A stretch of DNA of 64,000 bases from a virus. Its lineage: Duplodnaviria; Caudoviricetes. Shown one piece after another: positions 22,210 to 33,733 of the stretch. Below the pieces are notes generated by a model that did no database searches, was not told the DNA's origin, and worked only from the letters and a program-made list of their open reading frames with translations. The stretch is from IMG/VR virus record IMGVR_UViG_3300026522_000023, positions 1-64,000 of that record; one strand, 5' to 3'. The position numbers were made by a program, and so were the translations under genes. Each line of letters opens with the position of its first letter. Position 1 is the stretch's first letter.

Positions 22210-23949
22210 GTGGAATATCATTTAAATGCTCCAATGATTCCAGGTTATAGTCCTATAGAACAAATTCTTAATAATAGAGGTATTAAAAATATCTATCATT
22301 ATTTACATACTACAGATGATGATATTCTTGATCCTTCTACTATTATGAATATAAAAAATGGGGCCATAATGCTGGTTTCACATATAAATAATAATGATAA
22401 AATTTTAATATAGATAGATAGCGATTGTGATGGTTATACATCCGCCGCTGCTTTAATTAATTATTTACATAAAATTTGTCCTGCTTTTGTAGAAAATAAT
22501 ATTTCATATCGAGTACATGAAGGCAAATAGCATGGAATATTATTAGATAGTATCGGCAATGATATTAAATTGGTTATTGCTCCAGATTCTTCATCAAATG
22601 ATTATGAAGAACATAAATAGCTTAAAGAACATGGAATTGATGTATTAGTAATAGATCATCATGAAGCAGATAAAGTTTCTCAGTATGCTTGTATAATTAA
22701 TAATTAGTTATGTAACTATCCAACTAAATCATTATCTGGCGTCGGCATGGTTTATAAATTTTGTAGTTATTTAGATAAATTAATGAATGTAACATATGCT
22801 GATGATTTATTAGATTTAGTTGCTCTTGGCTTAATTGCTGATATGATGGACTTACGAGATTATGAAACTAAACGCCTTATTGATAAAGGTTTAAATCATA
22901 TTATTAATCCATTTATTAGAACAATGATTAATAGAGATGCTTTTCATTTTTCTAATGGTATTACCCCAATTGATGTAGCATTTTATATTGCTCCTTTAGT
23001 GAATGCTGTCACTCGAGTAGGCACATAGGAAGAAAAATTAGTATTATTTGAATCTATGTTAGATTTTAAAGGATATGAGTTAATTCCTTCAACTAAGCGT
23101 GGTTGTTCTGGTAGTGCCGAGCCTAGAGTAGAGTAGGCTTGTAGAAATTGTACTAATATTAAAAATAGATAGACTAGAACTAGAGATGCTACTTTAGAGA
23201 CTATTGAGAATTTAATTACTGTTAATAATTTATTAGAAAATAAATTATTAGTTATTTAGTTAGATAATATTTCTGCGGACCGCAATTTAACAGGATTAAT
23301 TGCTAATTAGTTAATGAGTAAATATTAGCGTCCAGTTTTAATTTTAAATAAAGTATTTCATAATGATGGAACGATTACTTGGGAAGGGTCTGGACGTGGT
23401 TATGATAAATCTAGTTTGAAAGACTTTAGATAGTTCTGTCAAGATACTGGATTGGTTATGTATGCGGAAGGTCATCCTAATGCTTTTGGATGCGGTATTA
23501 CTGACAATGAAATTTAGCTATTTATTACGATTACAAATGAAGTATTAAAAAATGTTTAGTTTATTCCATCTTATACAGTTGATTTTATTTATCATAATGC
23601 CGATGTAAAGCCTGAAGATATTACAGATATTGCTACATTAAAAAATCTTTGGGGACAAGGAATAGAAGAAGCATTAATTGCTTTGGAAGATGTTCCTGTG
23701 ACTGCTGAAAATTTAAATTTAATGGCAAAAGATAAAAATCCTACATTAAAAATTACTTTACCAAATAAAATTAGTATTATTAAATTTAAATCTTCAGAAG
23801 AAGAATTTGAAAAATTATATACTGAACATGGTAAAGTATCTATTAATATTATTGGGCGTTGTTCTGTTAATGAATGGAACGGAATTATAACTCCTTAGAT
23901 TTTAGTAGAGGATTATGAAATTGTCAGTAGGAGTGAATATTATTTTTAA
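22210..23949 (+). CDS. recJ: RecJ-like DHH ssDNA exonuclease
   Basis: DSDCDG, IDHH, LSGVGMVYKF, LGLIADMM, APLVNAVTR, GSGRG, EGHPNAFG; more than ten in-frame TAGs. Confidence 0.9.
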
Positions 23950-24328
23950 AATAAAAAATATTGAAAGCGCAACTTTTTATGATAAAGATGGAAATGAAGT
24001 TTTATATTGTAATGGAATAAATAATAGAATCAATCTTTCAGTAGATTCTAATGATTTAAAAGTGTATGGTGGAAAAGGTAATCCTAATATTAGCTAGATA
24101 CATTATGAAAAAATTTTAAACCTTTCATTACAAATGGATGAAATTAATATTCCATAGAGTCTGCTCCGCCCGGAGAGGATAGACACAACCGAAAACCTAA
24201 ATCAAAATGACGATTAGAAAATTTTCGATCAAAATGAATGGACTAAATTTTTATCTATGTTAGATTCGCCTCCACTAGAAGAAGAATTAACTTTAATTGG
24301 AAATGAATTTTTAAAGGATAAAGAATAA
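23915..24328 (+). CDS. Hypothetical protein; N-half resembles phage tail-tube N-termini
   Basis: Open with TAG=Gln; ATFYD...VLY...VYGGKGNP; start uncertain. Confidence 0.5.
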
Positions 24329-24331
24329 AAT

Positions 24332-24613
24332 ATGGAAGAATTAAAAAAAGTAGTAATGAAAGCACAACAATTTGATAATATATCAGAAAATTTACAAAAT
24401 ATAGAAAAACATACAAAAGGTTTTATGTATGATAGTCTTTGTTATAGATATCAACTTGCTAGGTATAAAGCCTGCGAAGCAGATGCTATGGATTTAGTTA
24501 TAACAAAAGGTTTATCTAAAAGAGAAGCTGAAGCTAAAGCTAGAGATTTATATGAAAGAGATTGCCTACGGTTTTATCAAATTTTAGATGAAGCAATTGG
24601 AGAACATGATTAA
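24332..24613 (+). CDS. Hypothetical protein
   Basis: ORF track; ends ILDEAIGEHD. Confidence 0.65.
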   Translation: MEELKKVVMKAQQFDNISENLQNIEKHTKGFMYDSLCYRYQLARYKACEADAMDLVITKGLSKREAEAKARDLYERDCLRFYQILDEAIGEHD

Positions 24614-24941
24614 TGAAAAAGAAATATTATCGTAAGCGAGATAATAATTTTTATTTAGATAAAACTAAAGAAGAAATTTTATCAGAAATTGATTATGATA
24701 ATCCAGAAACTTTTTTACCGTATCTTGAAATACTAGATTATCTATATCTTGAATGTGAATGGAATCATTGTCTTCAACTTGGAAGAGAGCGCGATTTAAA
24801 TAATATTTTTGGTAGGTATATTGCACTAATGCGTCTAAAAGGATATAAAAGTTTTTCATATCAAGATAGCGATTATTTAAATAATGCGAGAAAGAAAAAT
24901 GATGAAATTTTAGATGAAGTGATTGGAGAGCATGATTAATG
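24579..24941 (+). repeat. 37-bp imperfect direct repeat (24579-24615 and 24905-24941)
   Basis: AAATTTTAGATGAAG(CA/TG)ATTGGAGA(A/G)CATGATTAATG, three mismatches. Confidence 0.85.
24613..24939 (+). CDS. Hypothetical protein
   Basis: ORF track; ends ILDEVIGEHD. Confidence 0.65.
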   Translation: MKKKYYRKRDNNFYLDKTKEEILSEIDYDNPETFLPYLEILDYLYLECEWNHCLQLGRERDLNNIFGRYIALMRLKGYKSFSYQDSDYLNNARKKNDEILDEVIGEHD

Positions 24942-25157
24942 TGGATTTATTGGAAAGAGCAATGTAATTATTGCTCTAATTATAAAGGTTGTACTTATTA
25001 TGATAAAGTCCAAGAATTAATTTCTCAACTAGATAGTATAGATAGGCACGCAGTAGGTGTTTATGGGACATTAAAATGGACTTGTGATTATTTTAAAATT
25101 AATACAGATAAATATTATAAATTAAATCCTGGAGAAAACTGTAATGATTCTAACTGA
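24939..25157 (+). CDS. Small Cys-rich hypothetical protein
   Basis: CNYC..C...C; TAATG coupling. Confidence 0.6.
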   Translation: MWIYWKEQCNYCSNYKGCTYYDKVQELISQLDSIDRHAVGVYGTLKWTCDYFKINTDKYYKLNPGENCNDSN

Positions 25158-25194
25158 AATGAATTAGATTTTAATGAAATGGAGGAAGTAAAAC

Positions 25195-26393
25195 TTGATT
25201 CTAACCCGTAAGCAAGAAGAAGGTTTGAAAATTGCTGTAGCCAGATACAAAAGTAATGAACATTACACTTGTATTGCTGGCTACGCTTAACTGGAAGTGG
25301 CAAAAGCACTTTAATTAAATTTATTATTTCAGCTTTAGATGTTGATCCAGAAACAGAAGTATGTTATGTTGCTTTTACTGGGAAAGCAGCTACTGTTCTT
25401 CAATAGAAGGGGTGCCCTAATGCTACTACAGCTCATAAATTATTATATAAAGCTCGTATGCTGCCAAATGGAAGATATAAATTTACTCCAAAATCTAATG
25501 AAGAATTATCTCAATATAAAGTAATTGTAGTTGATGAAGTTTCTATGCTTCCTTCGGCTATGTGGCACCTTTTATTGAGTCATGGTATTTATATTATAGC
25601 AGCTGGAGATCCCGGTCAGCTACCTCCAATAGAAGAAGCAGACAATAACCATATTTTAGATAAACCCCACATTTTTTTAGATGAAATTATGCGGCAAGCG
25701 CAAGATAGCGAAATTATTCGATTGTCAATGTGGATTAGAGATGGAAAGCCTATTTACTCTTATAAACCTGATGGAAATTAGGTGATGATTATTAATTTGT
25801 CTTAGCTTCGAGAAGGAATGTATGAATGGGCAGACCAAATCATTTGCGCGACTAATGATAGAAGAACTTTATTAAATCAAACTGTCAGAAAATTAAAAGG
25901 TTTTACATCTGACGAGCCAGAAATTGGTGATAAAATTATTAGTTTACATAATAATTGGGATTTTTCTTCTGCTTCTGGAACTTGGGCTTTAACAAATGGT
26001 ATGATTGGTACTTTAACTAATTATTATAATACAGTGGAAAGAGTACCTTTATATATTTATGATAAACCAATTATTTATATGAATGCTACTTTTGATCTAG
26101 AAGATGGAGATTATTTCCAAGATGTTCCCATTGATTATGAACAATTAAAAAGTGGCTAGGCTACTTTAACTGGACCACAATGCTATAAAATGAGAAAAAA
26201 TTAGATGTGTCCAGACCCTCCTTTTGATTTTGCTTATGCTTATGCTATTAGTTGTTGGAAGGCACAAGGAAGTGAATATGATAAAGTGTTAGGATTTGAA
26301 GAAGGGCATCCACATGATAAATTAACACATACATAGTATTTGTATACTATGGTGACTAGAGCAAAAGAAAAAATTGTTATTGTAAAGAAATGA
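25195..26393 (+). CDS. RecD/Dda-like SF1B helicase, interrupted by a 5-nt insert (25288-25292) in Walker A; recoded gene or pseudogene
   Basis: GGAGG RBS, TTG start, LTRKQ..IAGYA[TAACT]GSGKST, AFTGKAA, VDEVSM, GDPGQLPP, IMRQ, YAISCWKAQGSE, LYTMVTRAK. Confidence 0.85.
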
Positions 26394-26457
26394 TTACAGA
26401 AAATATTATTTTAACTATTGATTTTGATATTATTATGGCTCCTAGTATTTGCTATTA

Positions 26458-26486
26458 TTGATTTTTTCACAAAATTATGTTATAAT
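26458..26486 (+). promoter_or_regulatory. SigA-type promoter for dnaE
   Basis: TTGATT-17-TATAAT with TG. Confidence 0.75.
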
Positions 26487-26516
26487 ATTTATAGAAATGT
26501 AAGAAAGGATAATTAA

Positions 26517-29500
26517 ATGAGAAGTTATTTTGGTATTCATAATCACACTCATTATTCTAATATTAGACTATTAGACTCAATTAATCGTCCTCAAGCATTA
26601 ATTGATAAAGCTATCGAATTAGGTTTATCTGGAATAGCAATTACTGACCATGAATGTTTATCTGCGCATATGGAAGTTAATCAATATGCGAAGAAATTAT
26701 AGGAAACAAATCCTGATTTTACTATCGCATTTGGTAATGAAATTTATTTAACTGAAACTCGTCAAACTGGACAAAAATATTATCACTTTTTATTATTAGC
26801 TAAAGATGCTATTGGTCATAAAGCATTAAGAGAATTAAGTTCTATTGCTTGGATTAATAGCTATATTGATAGACGTATGGAACGTGTTCCTACTTTAAAA
26901 AGCGAATTAAAAGATGTAATGTCTAAATATAAAGGTCATGTTATTGCTACTACAGCTTGTATTGGTGGAGAACTTGGTAGCTGTTTACTTCCAATGTATG
27001 AAGCTAATTTAGTTAATGACCAAAATACAGTAACTAATTATTCAATTCAAATAATGGATTTTATTAATTATTGTATTGAAGTATTTGGTGAAGATGATTT
27101 TTATCTTGAGTGTGCGCCTTCTAATAAAGAAGACCAGATGATTGTTAATAGACAAATTTATAAAATATCTCAATCTACTGGATTGAAAATGGTAATTGGT
27201 ACTGACTCTCATTATTTAACAAAAGAAGATAGAGCAATTCATAAAGCGTATTTAAATTCTAAAGAAGGCGAACGAGAAGTTGATACTTTCTATGAATTTG
27301 CACATTTAATGACAAGCGATGAAATCTTTGAATTAATGGAAAGTGATGCTGACACTTGGGATAGTAATAAATCAGGAAAAGAAATTTTAGATTGGATTTT
27401 AGATAATACTCAAAAAATTCAAAGTAAAATTTCTTTTTATTCTTTAGAAAGAAAGCAGATTATTCCAAAAGTAGAAGTAACTGATTATCCTCAATCATTA
27501 GCTGGTTGGTTTGAGCGCACAGAAAAATATCCTATTTTATGTAGCTTATTAATGAGTGATAACCCACAAGAAAGATATTGGGTTAATGAATGTTATATGT
27601 CTTTATTAGAAAAGATGTATGATAAAAGTATTTCAGATGATAAGTTAGATATTTATTTAAATCGTCTTGAAATTGAAGCTGATATTATTAAAGATATTGG
27701 TGAAAAATTGGATGATTGTTTGTTTGCTTATTTTAATACTTTTAAACACTATATTGATTTGTTTTGGAAATGCGGTTCTATTGTAGGCCCTGGTCGTGGT
27801 TCAGCAACAGGATTTTTATCCAATTATTTATTAGGTATTACACAGCTTGATCCTATTCGCTGGGGTTTACCTTATTGGCGTTTTTTAAATAAAGAACGTG
27901 CTGAATTACCTGATATTGATATTGATCTTGCACCAAGTAAACGTCCTGCTATTTTTAAAGCAATTCGTGAGGAACGTGGTGATTTAGGCTTAGTCCAAGT
28001 TGCTACATTTGGTACTGAAGGAACTAAATCTGCGGTATTAACAGCTTGCCGTGGATATAGATCAGAAGATTTTCCAGAAGGTATTGATAATGATCAAGCA
28101 CAATATATGTCTTCTCTAATTCCTCAAGAAAGAGGATTCTTATGGCCAATTCATGATGTTATTTATGGCAATGAAGAAAAAGACCGCAAGCCAATTCAAG
28201 CTTTTATTAGAGAAGTAAATCAATATGATGGCCTGTTAGATATTATTATTTATATTGAAGGTATTATTAATAAACGTTCTTCTCATGCTTCTGGTGTTAT
28301 TTTATATGGTGATGACCCATTTGAAACAGCATCTTTTATGCGTACTCCCAGTGGTGATATTATCACTTGTTATGATTTGCATAAAGCAGAGGCAGCAGGC
28401 GATACTAAATATGATTTCCTTGTAACTGAAGCATCTGATAAAATAATTACTTGTTATCAATTACTATTAAAGGATAATCAAATCCCTGATTTACCTTTAA
28501 GAGAATTTTATAATAAATATATTCATCCAGAAGTAATAGACACAACAGATCAACGTATTTGGGATCACTTGGCGGCTGGCGATGTACTTGATGTATTCCA
28601 GTTCTCTACTGGAGTTGGATTAGCAATTGCTAAGAGATTAAAACCGCAAAATCCTATGGAAATGACGGCAGCAAATGCTATGATGCGTTTAATGTCTGAA
28701 AAAGGTAAAGAATCTCAGCAAGATAGATATTATCGAATTCAACATCAAGGTATTCAAGTATTCGACGCTGAAATGAAGCAAAATCATTTGCCACAAGATT
28801 TAATTGATAAATTTCACAAGCATTGTGATAAATATTATGGTTGTTGTCCTATTCAGGAACAAATGATGGAAATTCTTATGGATATTGCGGGATTTACTTT
28901 AGGTGAAGCAAATAGCGCTCGTAAAGTTGTTGCTAAAAAACAAATGTCAAAGATTCCACAATTAAAAGAGCAAGTATTTAGTAAATTTGATGATCCTAAA
29001 GTTGCTGAATACTTCTGGGAAATTGCGGTTGCTCCACAATTAGGTTATGCTTTTAGTTTAAATCATTCTTTACCTTATTCTTTTGTAGCAATTCAAATGA
29101 TTTATTTAGTAATAAATTATAATCCTATTTATTGGGATACCGCTTGTTTAATTGTTAATAGTGGTTCATTGGAAGATAATACGGAAGAAGAGCTAGTCGA
29201 TATTTATGCTCCTGAAGGTGACGATTTAGCAAATGGTGTAGCATTTGAAGATTTACCAGATAAGAGCGCAAAAATTAGAAGAACTGTTTCAACTGATTAT
29301 GGAAAAATTGCTAAAGCTATTAGTGATATTCAAAAAGCAGGTATTGAAGTCGGTTTGCCAGATATTAATAAATCTAAGTTTGGTTTTGCTCCTGATATTG
29401 AAAATAATAAAATTCTTTTTGGATTAAAAGGAATGTTGAATGTTGGTGATGATTTAGTTAATACCATTATTACTAACCGTCCATATATTTCTCCAAAAGA

Positions 29501-30512
29501 TTTTTTATATAGAATTAAGCCTAGTAAACAAGCTATGATATCTCTTATTAAAGGCGGTGCTTTTGATAATATGATGGATAGAAAATTATTAATGGGCTGG
29601 TATATTTGGGAAACTTGTGATAAAAAGAGTCGTATTACTTTATAGAATATGAGTAGCTTAATTAAATATAAATTATTACCAGAAGATACTGATAAGCAAA
29701 TTATGGCTCGTCGTGTTTTTGAATTTAATAGATATTTAAAAGCAGTTTGTAAAGATACAGCAAGTTTTTATAAATTAGACACAAGAGCAATTAATTTCTT
29801 AGTTGAAATTGGTGAAGATAATTTAATTGAAGAGGGCACGAAGTTAGATCAAAAGATATGGGATAAAAAAGTCTATCAACCTTGGATGGATGTATTCCGC
29901 GATTGGATTAGTGAAAATAAAACAGAAATTCTTGAAAATTTAAACGCAGTTATTTTTAAAGAAGACTGGGATAAATATACTGGTAAAAATAATTTATCAG
30001 CCTGGGAAATGGAAGTACTTTGCTTCTATTATCACAGTCACGAATTGAAAGACATTAATAATAAAAAATATGGATTCGCAGATTTCTTTGCTCTTCCGCA
30101 AGAACCAGAAGTAGATAGAAACTTCTCCAAAGGTGGTAAGACAATTCATATCTATAAATTAAATACAATCTGCGGTACGTGTATTGCTAAAAATAAAACT
30201 AAAAGTACTGTTACTATTCTTACTACTACTGGTCCTGTTGAAGTAAAATTCAGAAAAGAATATTTCAGTTTATTTGATAAACAAATTTCAGAAAAAGGAT
30301 CGGATGGAGTAAAACATATCGTCGAAAAGTCTTGGTTTAACCGAGGAAGTATGATTGTAGTTATGGGCGTGCGCCAAGGAGATAATTTTATAGCTAAAAA
30401 ATATGCTTCTTCTCCTGGTCACCAGTTATATAAAATTGATGAAATTTTTGATGATGGAACTATTACATTACGTAATACTCGTTATCAGGGAGGAATAGAA
30501 GAAGATGTATAA
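26517..30512 (+). CDS. dnaE: DNA polymerase III alpha subunit (family C)
   Basis: PHP HNHTHYS/AITDH, GPGRGSA, PDIDID, SSHASGV, KYDFL, YAFSLNHS; TAGs at 26700 and 29643. Confidence 0.95.
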
Positions 30513-31077
30513 AATTGTAGCCATTATGGGCAAAGCGGGAAGCGGGAAGGATAGTCTTATGAAGGCTATCCTTCACCATGACACCGAAAAAAATTTAAAT
30601 GAAATAATTAGTTATACTACTCGTCCAATTAGAGAAGGAGAGCAAGAAGGAATTAATTATTATTATGTTTCTAATGAAGAATTTTCTCAATTAGTATTAG
30701 AAAATAAAATGTTAGAAGCGACAGTATTTAACTCTTGGGGATATGGTACTGCCATTAATTCATTAAATGAAAACAAAATTAATATTGGAGTATTTAACCC
30801 TGCGGGGGTTGAAAGCTTAATGAAAGATTCTCGTATTAATTTAAAAGTATTCTATATTGAAGCTTCAGATAAAGAAAGATTAATTCGTCAGCTAAGTCGA
30901 GAAAGCGATCCTAATATTGAAGAAATATTTAGACGTTTTAAAGCAGATGAAATTGATTTTTCTGATTTATCAGATTTTAATTATACTACTATTAATAATG
31001 AAATTAAAAAAGATTTTTATCCTGCTGTATATGCTATGGGAAGGCAAATCCGCGATTGGGCAGACGGATTTAATTAA
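30505..31077 (+). CDS. gmk: Guanylate kinase
   Basis: GKAGSGKD, SYTTRPIREGEQEGINYYYV, YGT. Confidence 0.9.
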   Translation: MYKIVAIMGKAGSGKDSLMKAILHHDTEKNLNEIISYTTRPIREGEQEGINYYYVSNEEFSQLVLENKMLEATVFNSWGYGTAINSLNENKINIGVFNPAGVESLMKDSRINLKVFYIEASDKERLIRQLSRESDPNIEEIFRRFKADEIDFSDLSDFNYTTINNEIKKDFYPAVYAMGRQIRDWADGFN

Positions 31078-31145
31078 TCTATAAGAAAAACCATATTTAG
31101 TAGACAGCTTAAAATTTTAATACTAAATATAGTGGAGGAATATAA

Positions 31146-33389
31146 ATGATTTATATTATAAAGCGCAATGGCACAATTGTTTTATTTGATAAAAATAAAA
31201 TTATTAATGCTATTAATAAAGCATTTATTGAAGTTGATGGATAGCTTTATGAAAATGATACCGCTCAAGATATCGCTAATGACATTGAACGTCAAGTAAA
31301 TTATTTCCCTGACGGTAGTGTAGGGGTAGAAGATATCCAAGATTGGATTGAAGATTATTTGATGCGCTCTGAGCGTCGTGATGTAGCTCGTGCATATATT
31401 AGATATAGATATAAAAAAGAAGTTGCTCGTGAAAAGAAAGATGATTTTATTCAAGCCATTAGGAAAAAGCTTGATGGTAAAGATATTAAAAATCAAAATG
31501 CTAACGTCGATGAAGCATCATTTGGCGGGCGTATTGGTGAAGCCAGTAGTGTAGTAACTAAACAATTAGCTTTAGATTATATCTTATCACCAATGGCAAG
31601 AGATAATCATTTAAATAATATGATTTATACTCATGACCTTGATGCTTATTATGTTGGTTCTCATAATTGTTTAAGTATTCCTTTTGATGATTTACTTGCT
31701 AATGGATTTAATACACGCTAGACAGATGTACGTCCAGCAGGTTCAGTAAATACAGCTTTTCAATTAGTGGCTGTTATTTTCCAAATTCAAAGTCTTTCTC
31801 AATTCGGCGGCGTTAGTGCCACTCATCTTGATTGGACTATGGTTCCTTATGTAAGAAAAAGTTTTTATAAACATTGGAAAGACGGAATGCGTTATATTGA
31901 AAAAGTTGACTCATGTGGGAAAGCATCTAATCCAGAAAATTTATCTATTGCTGATAATGGATATTTAGAGTTTGAAAAAGCATATAAATATGCTATGGAT
32001 ATGACTATTAAAGAAGTCCATCAAGCAGTAGAAGGTATGTATCATAATCTTAATACTTTACAATCTCGTTCAGGAAATTAGTTGCCATTTACCTCTATTA
32101 ATTATGGTACTTGTACTCTTCCAGAAGGAAGAATGATTACTAAAGCACTTTTGGATGTATCTATTGAAGGTATTGGCAAATTACATAAAACTTCTATTTT
32201 CCCTTGCGGAATTTTTCAATGTATGAAAGGCGTTAATCGTGAACCAGGTGATCCAAATTACGATTTATTTAAACTCGCATTACGTTCAACCGCCACAAGA
32301 TTGTATCCAAATTATGCTAATGTCGATTGGTCTGGAAACGCAGGATATGACATCAACGACCCCCGCACATATTTCTCTACAATGGGATGTAGGACGGCGA
32401 ATGGCTGGGACATTAACGGTTTTGGCCAGCTAAAAGATGGTAGAGGAAATATTTGTCCTGTAACTATTATTATGCCCACTTTAGCTATGGAAGCTAAAGA
32501 AATGGCAGATCATCAATATTTTGAAGATGGTTTAGATGCTCAAAAAGAACAATATCGTTGCAGATGTTTTATGAGTTTATTAGATCAAAAAATTAATGAA
32601 GCAAGAATTCAATTGATGGAACGATTTGAGTGGATTTGCTCGCAAGATCCGAAATCTGCTAAGTTTATGTATGAGAATCATTTAATGGCTGGCTATATTC
32701 CAGAAGAAGGAATTAGAAGTGCCCTTAAGCATGGTACATTAGCTATAGGATAGATTGGTTTAGCTGAAACTCTTCAAATTCTTATTGGATGCGATCATAC
32801 TGATCCAAGAGGAATGAAAATGGCAAAAAAGATTGAGCAGCTATTCAAAGATAGATGTGCGGAATTTAAGAAAGAATATAGTTTAAATTTTGGCGTATAT
32901 TATACGCCAGCTGAAAATTTATGTTATACAGCAATGCAAAAATTCAAAGAAAAATACGGCATCATACCTAATGTTTCTGATAAAGAATTTTTCACTAATA
33001 GTATTCATGTTCCCGTATGGAAGAAAATTTCTCCCTTTGACAAAATTGATATTGAAAGTCAGTTGACAGGTTATTCTTCTGCTGGATGTATCACATATGT
33101 AGAATTAGACTCTACAGTAAAGCATAATATTGATGCTCTTGAACAAATTGTTAATTATGCTATGGATAAAGATATCCCTTATTTTGCAGTAAATGTGCCT
33201 AATGATACTTGCCTTGATTGCGGATATTGCGATGAATTTAATGATAAATGTCCTGAATGCGGTAGTACTAATATTCAATAGCTGCGCCGTGTGACTGGTT
33301 ATTTAACTGGAAATTATAAAACTGCTTTTAACTACGGTAAACAAAAAGAAGTAGAAGCACGAGTAAAACATACGGGGTAGATGGAATGA
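31146..33389 (+). CDS. nrdD: Anaerobic (class III) ribonucleotide reductase
   Basis: ATP-cone IKRNG..FD..KI, HDLD, QFGG, SINYG, MGCRT, YYTPAENLC, CLDC..CPEC, RRVTGYL glycyl-radical motif; TAGs read through. Confidence 0.95.
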
Positions 33390-33733
33390 TATAGCTAATG
33401 TATGATTTAGCGAACTATTTTAATTAGAAACAAGGAAGAAAGTATCCTTGTTCTAATTAGATAGTGATATGTGTTTATATAACTGATAATTCACAAGAAG
33501 TTTATGATTATTTGGATAAAAATAATATCATACCAATAAAAGTATCAAAAACTCGTATAGAATGGCAAGAAAATAATGAGCGATGGATATGGTTACCTAT
33601 AACCTAGAATACTAGAGGTTATAGATTTAATAAAGTAAAAATATCTAAAAATTATAATAACGAAGAAATATTAAAAACAATAATTATTCCTTATTGTAGT
33701 TTATATTGTTGCTCTTGGGAGGTTATGGAATGA
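33386..33733 (+). CDS. Hypothetical protein (115 aa)
   Basis: Open only with TAG=Gln; ATGA overlaps at both ends. Confidence 0.6.

Noticed and set aside
25287-25293. Helicase insert as a micro-intron removed in trans by a group I ribozyme
   Set aside because: Excisions obeying the U|...G rule give either a 6-nt removal (out of frame) or a UGA stop, so the ORF is not restored
26877-29645. Intein in dnaE, nrdD or gyrA
   Set aside because: No C/S...HN splice motifs or LAGLIDADG blocks seen; lengths are ordinary
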